Origin: Bacteroidia bacterium
GTDB taxonomy: Bacteria; Bacteroidota; Bacteroidia; NS11-12g; UBA9320
Direction of reading: 5' to 3'
Length of the DNA: 64,000 nt
NCBI GenBank assembly: GCA_965216465.1
Contig: CBDCFW010000006.1
Location: 1,088,001 to 1,152,000, forward strand
Both the position numbers and the translations under genes were made by a program. The notes beneath the pieces are model-generated. The model was not told the DNA's origin. It saw only the letters and a program-made list of their open reading frames with translations, and did no database searches. Below, piece by piece: positions 46,864 to 56,803 of the stretch (positions are counted from its first letter, which is position 1; each line of letters starts with the position of its first letter).

Positions 46864-49353
46864 TTGGAAACTAACCTGTCAATTAATGAATCCCTCAAGG
46901 ATGCGGTGAATATTGCTAAAAAAATAGCAAAAGAGAACTCAAACGCCGAATTTTCATCCTCCCATTTACTTCTTGCTTTGATGCATAAATCTATCGGATT
47001 TACTGCTTTTTTACGTGAACTTGGCAAGGATGTTAATTACATTAAAGAATGGGCCCAAATACGCATAGATGAACTTCCAAAATCAGGTAAAGTTTCTGAA
47101 GAAATAAACGGTGATGATAAGGTTAGAAATGCCTTTGATGAAGCTGACAATTATAGACTGAAATTTGGCTTGCTTGAAAGCAATCCAGTATGCGTTTTTT
47201 TAGGACTAATCAGACCAAATATTGGGTTTGATGTTAATGAGCTGAAGTCTTTCCCTGTTATTGAAAAAGAAGTCTTAGACATATACTTCAATAACCAAGA
47301 AGTAGCCACATCAATTTCGGGTGATTCAACAGGTCAAAGTGCACCTACCACAACAAAGAAATCTAAAGCTTCATTGTTGAAATATTGCAATGATAAAACA
47401 GCAGATGCAAAAGCTCAGTTGAATGACCCCGTTGTAGGTCGTGATAAAGAGGTTCGACAAATGATTGAAATTCTTTGTCGTCGATCTAAGCCGAATGTGA
47501 TTTTAATTGGAGAACCAGGTGTTGGTAAGTCTGCATTGGTTGAAAGTTTTTCTTATGTTGTGTCTACCGAAGATGTGCCTGTTGCATTAAAAAATGCTAA
47601 TGTATATGAATTAGATTCAGGAACATTGTTAGCAGGGGCATCTTATAAAGGAGAAATTGAAGATCGAGTCAAAGGAATTTTAAAAGATGTTAAGTCTGAA
47701 GAGAAAGCGATTCTTTTCATTGATGAGATACATGCTATCTTAGACCCTAAAGGTCCATTTGGAGCGGGTTTAGCAAATCTGCTCAAGCCAGAACTTGCTA
47801 GAGGCGAGATTACTATTATTGGAGCAACCACCACAGACGAGTATCGTAAGCTGATTGAACCTGAGCGAGCGTTCAGCAGAAGATTCGAGTTGGTTCAAGT
47901 TGAAGAACCTACCGTGTCAACTGCAATAAAAATGTTGGATGCAGTGGTGCCAAAATATTCAGAGCATCATGGTTTGTCGCTAACCGATGATGTAACTACA
48001 AGCTGCGTTACATTAGCAAAACGTTACAGCAAAGAAAGAAGACTGCCTGATTCGGCAATTGACTTGCTAGACCGAACCATGTCAAGTATTAAAACCCTTA
48101 AGGAGCTTACAGAGGTTAAATTGGTTGAGTTTGTTAGTGAATTAGAAAATGTTACATCTTCAGAAGAAAGTGACGAGAGTAAACTCAATACATTTGCTTG
48201 GATTCACAAGCAAATTCAAGATACAATCAGTCCTATTTTAATAGGCTCGGTTGAAGATGAAATTGATTGGGATTCAGGATTCAGTCCAGAACAAATAAAT
48301 TCTGTGTTAAACGATTATATAGGTAGCCTACGGTCAAAATTTGAACAACGAAAGGAGTCGACAGAAATTGATTCTGAAGACGTCGCTACCCTAATAGCTT
48401 CAAGTACAGGAATTCCTATCGGAAAGATTCAAAGTGATGAGCAAGCAAAGCTCATGAATATTGAAAATATTGTTCGTCAACGTGTTGTTGGTCAAGATCA
48501 CGCAATTAAGTCTTTGGCTGATGCAATTATCGAATCGCGGTCTGGACTAACCAAGAAAGGAAAACCTATAGGTTCATTCTTCTTCCTTGGACCTACCGGT
48601 ACGGGTAAGACAGAGGTAGCGAAAGGAATCGCGGACTTTTTATTTAATGATGAAAAGGCCATGATTCGCTTCGATATGTCTGAGTTTAAAGAAGAGCACA
48701 GTGCAGCGTTGCTATATGGAGCACCTCCGGGCTATGTTGGATACGAAGAAGGTGGGGTTCTAGTGAACAAGATTAGAGAGACACCTTATGCGGTTGTTCT
48801 CTTCGATGAGATTGAAAAAGCGCATCCTTCGGTATTTGATATCTTCTTACAAATCTTGGACGAAGGAGTGATGCACGATAGATTGGGTAAAGAGGGAGAT
48901 TTCTCTAACTCGATTATTCTATTTACAAGTAACATAGCGAGCGATTGGATTGTTGAGCAGTTCTCGGAAGGAGTAAAACCAAAGTCGAACGACTTGCTTG
49001 AGAAAATGGCACCTTATTTCCGTCCAGAGTTTTTAGCTCGACTTACGGAGATTATTCCATTTGCACCTATTGCTAAAGAGAATGTATTGAAGATTTTGGA
49101 TATTCATTCGAAAGATTTATTCAAAACACTGGATAAGCTTGGTATTGCGATTACAATCAGCGACCAGGCAAAAGAAATATTGGTAGAAAAAGGATATACA
49201 CCAAAATATGGGGCAAGACCTATTGTTGGAGTAATCAGAAACTACCTACGACGACCAATTTCGAAACTTATAGTAAGTGGAGAATTAAAGTCAGGGCACA
49301 CAGTTGAAGTTGATGTGTCAGATACAAATGAATTAACTTATAATATTAAATAA
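46864..49353 (+). CDS. tssH: T6SS AAA+ ATPase TssH/ClpV
   Basis: Two AAA modules ([15 protein letters not shown]; [17 protein letters not shown]), GAPPGYVGY; directly before the sheath genes. Confidence 0.9.
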   Translation: METNLSINESLKDAVNIAKKIAKENSNAEFSSSHLLLALMHKSIGFTAFLRELGKDVNYIKEWAQIRIDELPKSGKVSEEINGDDKVRNAFDEADNYRLKFGLLESNPVCVFLGLIRPNIGFDVNELKSFPVIEKEVLDIYFNNQEVATSISGDSTGQSAPTTTKKSKASLLKYCNDKTADAKAQLNDPVVGRDKEVRQMIEILCRRSKPNVILIGEPGVGKSALVESFSYVVSTEDVPVALKNANVYELDSGTLLAGASYKGEIEDRVKGILKDVKSEEKAILFIDEIHAILDPKGPFGAGLANLLKPELARGEITIIGATTTDEYRKLIEPERAFSRRFELVQVEEPTVSTAIKMLDAVVPKYSEHHGLSLTDDVTTSCVTLAKRYSKERRLPDSAIDLLDRTMSSIKTLKELTEVKLVEFVSELENVTSSEESDESKLNTFAWIHKQIQDTISPILIGSVEDEIDWDSGFSPEQINSVLNDYIGSLRSKFEQRKESTEIDSEDVATLIASSTGIPIGKIQSDEQAKLMNIENIVRQRVVGQDHAIKSLADAIIESRSGLTKKGKPIGSFFFLGPTGTGKTEVAKGIADFLFNDEKAMIRFDMSEFKEEHSAALLYGAPPGYVGYEEGGVLVNKIRETPYAVVLFDEIEKAHPSVFDIFLQILDEGVMHDRLGKEGDFSNSIILFTSNIASDWIVEQFSEGVKPKSNDLLEKMAPYFRPEFLARLTEIIPFAPIAKENVLKILDIHSKDLFKTLDKLGIAITISDQAKEILVEKGYTPKYGARPIVGVIRNYLRRPISKLIVSGELKSGHTVEVDVSDTNELTYNIK

Positions 49354-49358
49354 TAAAT

Positions 49359-49814
49359 ATGGCATCTTACAAATACGATTTAGGTGGATCAATGAAGCCC
49401 GATGACGCATCGGAAGGAATAGCGGAATTTGATCAGAATAGAACCTTATTAGTCCAAAAATTAACAGGCGAGGATCCTGTTAAGCCAGAGATTACAAAAG
49501 GATTGAGAACAGTTGATGAAGTTTTCGAAAAATTTCAGCCCAACGTGGACTGTGAATTTGAGAAAGCGGATGGAAGTACCATTGAGGAAAATATTTCATT
49601 CTCAAATGTTGGAGATTTTTCTGCAAATAGCATTAGTAAAAACAGTGAGTTTTTGAACAATTTAACCGTTCAGAATGAGCAGTACTTAAAGATTTTAAAG
49701 AAAGTAAAATCGAATAAAATTTTGCAAAATGTAATGAACGACCCTGCAGCTAAAGAGGCGTTTATTAACTCGCTAAAAGGAATGTTACAAGAATTAATTG
49801 AATCAGAAGAATAA
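49359..49814 (+). CDS. tssB: T6SS-iii sheath small subunit TssB
   Basis: GG....DASE.I....QNRTL.VQKLT...PVKPE...GL.TV.EVF..F.P motif. Confidence 0.88.
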   Translation: MASYKYDLGGSMKPDDASEGIAEFDQNRTLLVQKLTGEDPVKPEITKGLRTVDEVFEKFQPNVDCEFEKADGSTIEENISFSNVGDFSANSISKNSEFLNNLTVQNEQYLKILKKVKSNKILQNVMNDPAAKEAFINSLKGMLQELIESEE

Positions 49815-49825
49815 TAAGTAGAGTA

Positions 49826-51202
49826 ATGGCAGAACAAGAAGCATTATCATCAGGAATTGAATTCGAACTGAAGGAAAGGTTCGAATCGCCACAAGAGGCA
49901 GTAAACGAGAATTTAGACAGTCTGATTAAGTTTGGAGGTTTTGACTTTGTTGATTCTTTAATCGATGGAGTAGATAACCTGAATCCAGAAAAGAAGGCTA
50001 AGCGAAAAATCTTTTTGTCAGATGACAATAAGAAAGAAGACCGTTCTAAACTTCAAAAGAATATAGCAATCTGGTTGAACTTGTTAAACGACAACGAAAA
50101 CCTTGAATCGATTGCAGGAGATTGCCAGGCTAGGGCAGATCAAGCAGACAAAACGTACAAGAAAAACATCAAAAAAGTGCTGGAGACAGCAAGAGATTTG
50201 GAAGTATCGTATCGTACTGTAGCATCTTTCTTTAAGAATACAGAAAGTACAAAAATTAAAAATCTGACCATTGTAAATGCAGCAATGGACGATCTTAAGA
50301 ATCTTGATAATCCAAGGTTTATCGACGCGGTTCAAGAAGAGCTCGTGAACAATTATGATCGTTTAGATTTAAGAAATAACTATTCATTGCTTGTGGTTCC
50401 AGGCTATCTTGGTTCAAACACAGTGGTTGACAAATGGGCAAAGATTGCGTACGAAAACAAGGTAATGATGGTGACTGATTTTGAGAATCTTGACGATGCA
50501 GAATCAACACTTGATTGGTTTGAAGCGGCCAATATGACCGGAGGAGACATCTACAAAAAGAATGTGTTGATGACTTGTAATTGGCTTGTTGGAAGAGGCA
50601 AAGATGAAGAGTCAGGAGAAGATGAAGATATTTATATCCCCTCATCTGCAGCATTAGCTGGTAAGATATATCAAACCCTTCCATCTCAACCAACTGCTGG
50701 TAAGAAATGGGGTGGTATCAACGAGATTGAAGGCGTTCGTTTTGATATGAAGAAAAGTGAAATCACACAGCTTGAAAAAGCGGGCTTGATTCCTATGGTT
50801 GATGAATTTGGAAAGGTAATGGCATTCTCTGCTAAAACTCTTTTCAATGGCGACAACTTAGGTTTCCAAACCTACTCTGTTGTTAGGGTGTTTGACTACG
50901 TCTCGAAGGTATTAATGGACTTCTTAAACAGAAGAGCCTTTGAAGCGTGGAACTCTAAAACAGAAAAAGAATTGCGTGGACAGATAGTTAAGTTCTTAGA
51001 CAGTATCTGTGGACCAAATAATCTTATAGATAAATTCAAGATCATGCGACTTGAACAAGATAAACAAAACAAGGACAGAATTCACTTGGATATCCATATG
51101 AGCCCATTCTTCCCTGCTAAAAACTTTTTAATCTCTCTTGACGGGCACAAAGGTGATGACGATTCTAACATGGAATGGGATTCAAGCATCAGTCAAGAAT
51201 AA
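49826..51202 (+). CDS. tssC: T6SS-iii sheath large subunit TssC (DUF5458)
   Basis: YDRLDLRNNYSLLVVPGYLGSN, TCNWLVGR, AFSAKTLFNGDNLG.QTYSVVRVFD. Confidence 0.93.
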   Translation: MAEQEALSSGIEFELKERFESPQEAVNENLDSLIKFGGFDFVDSLIDGVDNLNPEKKAKRKIFLSDDNKKEDRSKLQKNIAIWLNLLNDNENLESIAGDCQARADQADKTYKKNIKKVLETARDLEVSYRTVASFFKNTESTKIKNLTIVNAAMDDLKNLDNPRFIDAVQEELVNNYDRLDLRNNYSLLVVPGYLGSNTVVDKWAKIAYENKVMMVTDFENLDDAESTLDWFEAANMTGGDIYKKNVLMTCNWLVGRGKDEESGEDEDIYIPSSAALAGKIYQTLPSQPTAGKKWGGINEIEGVRFDMKKSEITQLEKAGLIPMVDEFGKVMAFSAKTLFNGDNLGFQTYSVVRVFDYVSKVLMDFLNRRAFEAWNSKTEKELRGQIVKFLDSICGPNNLIDKFKIMRLEQDKQNKDRIHLDIHMSPFFPAKNFLISLDGHKGDDDSNMEWDSSISQE

Positions 51203-51241
51203 TTAATTTGAAAACTAATAATAACCTTAAAACATTAAATT

Positions 51242-51634
51242 ATGTCATTTAAAGCAACATTATCAATTGACGGTGGAAACGAAGTAAAATTACTCCACTG
51301 CAGTTACACATTACAAAGAGATGTAGATCAATTTGGACGTCCATCGAGTGACGTTTACGGAGGGCAGATTACCTGCGAAATTGAAGCAACGGAGGATGCC
51401 TCCTTATTCGAGTGGATTACCACCGCACACAAACTAAAAAACGGGAGCATTAAGTTTTATAAACGGGACGAAGATGCAAAGATGAAAGAGTTAAAATGGA
51501 CCGATGGATACTGCATCCATTTCAATGAAGCGTTCGATACAACGGGAACAAACCCAATGAACATTACTTTCACGGTTTCTGCTCGTGTGATTGAAGTTCA
51601 AGCTGCTTCATTTGAAGTTGAATGGCCTGATTAA
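51242..51634 (+). CDS. tssD: T6SS-iii tube protein TssD (Hcp)
   Basis: MSFKATL, LHCSY...D..GRPSS...GGQI, G.IKF.K.D...KMKEL.W..GYC..F.E. Confidence 0.93.
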   Translation: MSFKATLSIDGGNEVKLLHCSYTLQRDVDQFGRPSSDVYGGQITCEIEATEDASLFEWITTAHKLKNGSIKFYKRDEDAKMKELKWTDGYCIHFNEAFDTTGTNPMNITFTVSARVIEVQAASFEVEWPD

Positions 51635-51652
51635 AATTTATACATAAAATAA

Positions 51653-51686
51653 GTGGTAGCTATGATTTCGTAGTTACCACATTTTC
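51653..51686 (+). terminator. Hairpin after hcp (terminator or mRNA stabiliser)
   Basis: GTGGTAGCTATG/CGTAGTTACCAC stem with G-U pairs (51653-51680), followed by ATTTTC. Confidence 0.6.
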
Positions 51687-51697
51687 ATTAGAATACT

Positions 51698-53545
51698 ATG
51701 GCAAAAATAATTGATGTACTTATATCCATTGAAGGACAAACTATTAAGAATTTCCTGAGTTTGAACCTTATGCAGGCTGCAAATGTGCATCATACATTTG
51801 AGCTAGTTATTCCTTATGATTATGTAAATAGTAAGACCAATCTGGTAATTAATGATGCCAGTAAATTTATTGGAGCAGATATTTCCATCGGACTATATGA
51901 AAAAGGAACGAAAAAAGGAAATGATTTTGTTGGTGTAATAACTCAATTGCAACACCGCAGAGCTTCGTCTGGCATCAACTGTATTGTAGTATCAGGTTGC
52001 AGTAAAACCATTCATTTGGATGGGGTTTTAAATAATTCTGCCTTTCTTAATAAGAAACCAAGTGACGTTATCAAAGAGATAGCAAAAAAATACGGATTAA
52101 AGCTTTCAGTTGGAATTGCTGGTGAATCTCCTCTTGAGTATATTGCTCAGTACAGGGAAACTGATTTTGCCTTCATTCGACGGCTTGCCGCTGAAAGGGG
52201 CCAGTCATTTTACTACGACGGCAAAGAATTGGTGGTTGGTAAGGTTGTAACCAAAAGTGCGATAGGCTTAAGTTACCCAAAAGAGCTTACCGATTTTTCT
52301 TTTGGAATGAAGACCATTCCTGTAAAAAACACGTATACAGACTACGATTATCTTGAGAATTCGATCGTAAAAAAAGAAATAACCAAAACTCCTAAAGTAC
52401 ATAGCAGTATTTATTCAGGTATTGGGAAAGAATCTGATAAGGTGTTCTCATCGGCTAATGTTGTAGGACATACTGTCGGGCCAGAAGAATTGGCTAAGGC
52501 GGCAGCAGCAATTACAGAAAATTTTGCTGCAAACATGACCACTGTTTTTGGAACTTCTGACAATCCATTGATTAATTTAGCAAGTGTAGTGAACATTTCG
52601 TTGCAAGCGACTCGAGCGAGTGGTGCTGCAAGCGATGGTGATTACGGCAAGTTCAAGGTCAATGCAATTACACATAAAGTAGATGGTATCGGAAATTACG
52701 AGTGTAATTTTGAAGGTGTTTCAGACGCCAGTCAACACTTTCCAAACCCCTATAGTCAATTTGTACCAAGTTCAAATCAAATAGCTGTTGTGGTAAAACA
52801 TGATGAGGAAAAAAGATTTGCTGGTAGAGTTCAGGTCCGGTTTAAATGGATGGATACTAATCAAAGTACAGGATGGATTAGAGTTTCTTCACAATATGCT
52901 GGTAAAGGTAGAGGGGTTTTCTTTACGCCAGAAGTAGATGACGAAGTAATTGTTCAATTTGATGGAGGGAATCCATCGAAGCCTATGGTTGTTGGTTCGT
53001 TACATCATGGGAAAGCACAGCTGGAAGGCAAGTTTTCAGTAGACAACAGCCTAGGAAAGATCAAATCTAAGTTTGAACAAGATTGGAAGAAGAACAATGT
53101 CAAGCAAATAGTGAGTCAAAGTGGAAATAGAATAGTGCTGAATGATGAAAAGGGGAAGGAAGAAATACAAGTAATTACCGCACAGGGCAAAAATGGAATT
53201 TTACTCTCGGTTAAAGACGGACAGATTAGCATTTTTTCTGAAAAAAAGCTTGTAATTGCAAGTAATGATATTGAAATGATTGCCAAAAACAATATAACCA
53301 TGGAAGCACAATCAGGTAATGTTACAATTAAGTCAGGCAAGAACTTAGATGTTGATGCTACTCAAAACATTACCGTGAAGGCAGGTATGAAAGGCACGAT
53401 TCAAACTCAAACTGATCTTAATGTCAAAGCCGGAACAAAGGCCGTAGTTGAAGGCAGTATTCAAGTTGAATTGAAAGGAGCCATGATAAAATCAGCCGCT
53501 TCAGGCGTAAATCAAGTACAAGGGAATATAGTTATGATCAACTAA
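51698..53545 (+). CDS. vgrG: VgrG spike protein (TssI), no C-terminal effector extension
   Basis: HHTFEL, QYRETDFAFIRRLA, GRVQVRF.W, WIRV, FTPEVDDEV, gp5-like beta repeats ending GNIVMIN. Confidence 0.93.
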   Translation: MAKIIDVLISIEGQTIKNFLSLNLMQAANVHHTFELVIPYDYVNSKTNLVINDASKFIGADISIGLYEKGTKKGNDFVGVITQLQHRRASSGINCIVVSGCSKTIHLDGVLNNSAFLNKKPSDVIKEIAKKYGLKLSVGIAGESPLEYIAQYRETDFAFIRRLAAERGQSFYYDGKELVVGKVVTKSAIGLSYPKELTDFSFGMKTIPVKNTYTDYDYLENSIVKKEITKTPKVHSSIYSGIGKESDKVFSSANVVGHTVGPEELAKAAAAITENFAANMTTVFGTSDNPLINLASVVNISLQATRASGAASDGDYGKFKVNAITHKVDGIGNYECNFEGVSDASQHFPNPYSQFVPSSNQIAVVVKHDEEKRFAGRVQVRFKWMDTNQSTGWIRVSSQYAGKGRGVFFTPEVDDEVIVQFDGGNPSKPMVVGSLHHGKAQLEGKFSVDNSLGKIKSKFEQDWKKNNVKQIVSQSGNRIVLNDEKGKEEIQVITAQGKNGILLSVKDGQISIFSEKKLVIASNDIEMIAKNNITMEAQSGNVTIKSGKNLDVDATQNITVKAGMKGTIQTQTDLNVKAGTKAVVEGSIQVELKGAMIKSAASGVNQVQGNIVMIN

Positions 53546-53986
53546 ATGAGAAATGCACGTTATCTTGGAATACCAATCAACTTTGCTAAGCTCAATCAAG
53601 GGGCTAGAATTCGCGATATAGATTTTAACGAATCAATTGCCCAATACATATACACAATTCTAATAACCGAATGCGGAGAATTAAGCTCTGACAAAGACTT
53701 CGGCACAACTGTATGGGATTATGATTTTACGATAACCAACTTTACATCAGAGTGGAAAGATTCGGTTTCAAGCTCAATAGGATCAGCTATTAAAAGATAT
53801 ATCACCCAACTTGACAATATTCGAGTTGATGTCGAAATCGCAGATGAACAATACTCCGATAAGGTAAAAAATGCACTTCGAATCAAGAAAAAGATTACTA
53901 TAAAAGTTACCGGTCAGTTGAAATCTACAAAAGAAGACTATGCTTTCAACCAATCGCTTTATCTTAGCCCAATAACTGTTGAATAA
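53546..53986 (+). CDS. tssE: Baseplate wedge TssE (gp25-like)
   Basis: SIAQYI..IL.T..GE...D..FG..VWDYDF, terminal YLSP. Confidence 0.85.
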   Translation: MRNARYLGIPINFAKLNQGARIRDIDFNESIAQYIYTILITECGELSSDKDFGTTVWDYDFTITNFTSEWKDSVSSSIGSAIKRYITQLDNIRVDVEIADEQYSDKVKNALRIKKKITIKVTGQLKSTKEDYAFNQSLYLSPITVE

Positions 53987-55850
53987 ATTGACAAGACGTA
54001 GTATTGAATCCAGAAATGAAATCTTATCTAGATTAACTAAAACAGCACTTCAGCATTGGGGTGTACAGAATAAGGATATAGATTCGTTTGACCCTGTAGT
54101 TAAGCTACTGCTGTCAGGATTCGCACAAGAGATTCACCGCGTTTATCACGAAATTGAAAATGCAAATATTCGTGTTCTCAGACAGCTAAGTTCAATTCTA
54201 AATCCAGGATATCATGCCGGAGTGAATCCTGCTCATGCTTTGCTTCAATTGTCGCCAACGGAACCGAAGGTAGAAGTGAATAAATACTCTCAGTTCAAGG
54301 TGTTAAAGGCCAAAGAACGCAGACTTGAGCAAGAGATTAAAATGGAAGAAGTAGAAGTATTTTTCTCTCCATTAAATTTTTACACTTTGCACGATGTTTA
54401 CTTAGGTCGAAAAGTAGTAGGCAACTACATCTATGAGTATGATAAAGAAGGACAACAAATCGAAAGAAGTAAGGTTACATTAAATACTGCCCTAGAAGAA
54501 AATGAGGTACTCTTAGGGTTGTGTGTTACAAACAGACTGGACAAGATTAATCAACTTTCTCTGCAAATTGATTGGAAAAATATTATGTCCAGAAAGCAGC
54601 TCCAGGAGCTATTAGGTGATTGCGAGTTTATATTGGGAAATGAAATTATAAAATCTTCAGTTGGAATTGCACGTTCTCGAAATATGAAGGAGGAATCTTT
54701 TCAAATTCCAGCGTTTCAACGGGCACAACAGGTTACTCAAAAGCTTGAGGTAGAGATTGCTGACCTCTATAAGAAGCAGTATCTTTCTTTAGACCTTCAA
54801 AACATAAATCTTCAAGAAGTTCAAAACCACTATTCAGAGATTGAAGAATCCCAACACGTGGGTTCAAATTACCGTGTGGTTTGGATTAAAGTAAAGTTTA
54901 ACCCAAATATTGATAAGTCAATCAATGCACATCTTGTAGTTCGAACCAATTGCATACCTGTTGTCAATAGAAGGTACGAACAACTCAATGTTGACATTTC
55001 AAATACGGCTAAGATAATACCACTCACCACGATTAATTCTGAGTTTTTAGACCTGATTTCAGTAACCGATGAAGAAAAGAAGAAGTTTGTAGTAGGAAAT
55101 TCGGTTAGTAAATCACAAGATCAAGAAGATAGAACCTATGTTCTCAGAGAAAGTGGAATTGAGCGTTTTGACAGCAGAGACTCTAAAGAACTTTTACTTC
55201 ATCTCATCGATTTACTGCGAGACGAAAGTGCTGTGTTTTCAGCAATTGGAATAGATTTTCTAAGTGCCATTCTTAAAGATTTGAATCAAAGCATTAATCT
55301 ACTTGAACAGAAGTCGCTTGATCAGCTTGATGAATTACAAAATCACACACATTATTTGACCATAAAGGCACCAGATAATTGCAGAACCATCTTTGTAGAC
55401 TTTTGGTCTTGTGCAGGTCAATTTGGAAATAATCTAGGACCTAATGATCGAGTTGTTACCGAAACAATGCTTGATGTAAATGATTCGCTTACGCAATTTA
55501 TTTCGATGACGGCTGGCGGCCGAGATAAGAAGATTGGTGATGATGAATTGTCAGGGTTGAAGCGTTCGATGATTTCTGGAGGTAAAGTAGTTACGAAGAT
55601 TGACATTGTTCTATTTGTACAAGATGAATTCGGAGAATACATAGATCATGTTGAAGTTAAGAATGGTGGTATGGTTAGCGAAAAGATGAATGAAGGGTAC
55701 ATATCTACAGTTGATGTTCATATAGACCCTATAGAGGTTGAAGAAGATAGCAACTTCAAACTTGAGGAGCTAATGGTAGAAATAAAATCCAAATTGGAAA
55801 TGCATTCACCACCATACTACAATTATAGAGTGCTTCAAGCTTCAAATTAG
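53979..55850 (+). CDS. tssF: Baseplate subunit TssF
   Basis: WG.....SFDPVVKLL, PAHALL, NCIPVVNR, LRESGIERFDSR...L..LIDLLRDESA.F, GGRD, VVTK.DI. Confidence 0.88.
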   Translation: MNKLTRRSIESRNEILSRLTKTALQHWGVQNKDIDSFDPVVKLLLSGFAQEIHRVYHEIENANIRVLRQLSSILNPGYHAGVNPAHALLQLSPTEPKVEVNKYSQFKVLKAKERRLEQEIKMEEVEVFFSPLNFYTLHDVYLGRKVVGNYIYEYDKEGQQIERSKVTLNTALEENEVLLGLCVTNRLDKINQLSLQIDWKNIMSRKQLQELLGDCEFILGNEIIKSSVGIARSRNMKEESFQIPAFQRAQQVTQKLEVEIADLYKKQYLSLDLQNINLQEVQNHYSEIEESQHVGSNYRVVWIKVKFNPNIDKSINAHLVVRTNCIPVVNRRYEQLNVDISNTAKIIPLTTINSEFLDLISVTDEEKKKFVVGNSVSKSQDQEDRTYVLRESGIERFDSRDSKELLLHLIDLLRDESAVFSAIGIDFLSAILKDLNQSINLLEQKSLDQLDELQNHTHYLTIKAPDNCRTIFVDFWSCAGQFGNNLGPNDRVVTETMLDVNDSLTQFISMTAGGRDKKIGDDELSGLKRSMISGGKVVTKIDIVLFVQDEFGEYIDHVEVKNGGMVSEKMNEGYISTVDVHIDPIEVEEDSNFKLEELMVEIKSKLEMHSPPYYNYRVLQASN

Positions 55851-55900
55851 TGGTAAAAATCAATCACTATTTTATGATTGAAATTGCACCAGAAATCGAG

Positions 55901-55908
55901 TATATTTG
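55901..55908 (+). promoter_or_regulatory. -7 promoter element for the PAAR/effector cassette
   Basis: TATATTTG 16 nt before ATG 55925; CAATCA-N8-TGATTG inverted repeat at 55861-55880. Confidence 0.55.
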
Positions 55909-55924
55909 GAAAGAATGAATTGAT

Positions 55925-56437
55925 ATGGGAAAACCTGCTGCAAGATTAACAGACTTTCATGCTTGCCCGATGGTAACACCGGGTGTTCCACCGATTCCAC
56001 ATGTTGGTGGTCCAATAATAGGTAGTGGATGTCTTACAGTACTGATTGCTGGCATGCCAGCAGCAGTAATGGGTGATCAGTGTATGTGTACAGGTCCACC
56101 TGATGTGGCTATATTGGGCTCGACAGGCGTATTTATCGGAAAAAAAATGGCTTTGCGTATGGGCGATAGTACGGCTCATGGAGGAACCATCGTGGCGGGA
56201 GCTCCAACGGTATTAATCGGTGAAATGAAACCAGGCGGACCACCTGCTCCTTTACCACCAAGTGTTGCCAACATGGTGAACAACATGAAGTCGCAAGCGA
56301 AAAGTAACCAACCTGGAGGTCTATCACAAATATTCTCAGGTTCTAAAGGTAAATTCTCTTCTGCGTCTTTTTCAAGCTCGCTATCCGAAGCAGCTCAAAA
56401 TAACTCGCCATTCATTCATGCATGCGAACAGTGTTAA
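55925..56437 (+). CDS. PAAR-domain protein with C-terminal extension
   Basis: PAARLTDFHACP, PHVGGPI, PAAVMGD, RMGDSTAHGG, PTVLIG; extension ends SPFIHACEQC. Confidence 0.93.
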   Translation: MGKPAARLTDFHACPMVTPGVPPIPHVGGPIIGSGCLTVLIAGMPAAVMGDQCMCTGPPDVAILGSTGVFIGKKMALRMGDSTAHGGTIVAGAPTVLIGEMKPGGPPAPLPPSVANMVNNMKSQAKSNQPGGLSQIFSGSKGKFSSASFSSSLSEAAQNNSPFIHACEQC

Positions 56438-56440
56438 GCT

Positions 56441-56803
56441 ATGAGAAACTTAGTCATACTCAATCCTCAATTTGAAAAAATTAAAGCCATTTATAAAATG
56501 GACTTTATCTCGCGTGTGTATGACGAGCTTGTCGAAATTCATGGAGCCAATCTTGGTTTAGACAATAAAGAACTCTCATTTGAAATACTAGATGATTTGG
56601 TTGACGAAGCTAAAGAATTTGATTTTGAAACTGAGGGCGATGTTTTTTATTATATCACCAAGTTCTATGAATATGACTTTTTGCAAGAAAGACCACTCGA
56701 AGATAAGGTGGTTGAAATTCTTACGTGGCCGGACCGGGATTCGTATACAAAGTTTGAACTATTAGAAGAATATAAAGCAGAAAATGGGCCAGAAGAAAGT
56801 TGA
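56441..56803 (+). CDS. Acidic helical hypothetical protein, candidate effector co-chaperone
   Basis: 120 aa, acidic, no signal peptide; L.I...Q...F...A..F.FETE.DV pattern; between PAAR and the putative effector. Confidence 0.6.
   Translation: MRNLVILNPQFEKIKAIYKMDFISRVYDELVEIHGANLGLDNKELSFEILDDLVDEAKEFDFETEGDVFYYITKFYEYDFLQERPLEDKVVEILTWPDRDSYTKFELLEEYKAENGPEES

Noticed and set aside
49359-55850. Sheath, tube, gp25 and spike genes read as a prophage or extracellular contractile injection system
   Set aside because: TssH/ClpV, TssK and membrane-complex genes are present, and capsid, terminase, integrase, tape measure and lysis genes are absent; this fits T6SS-iii
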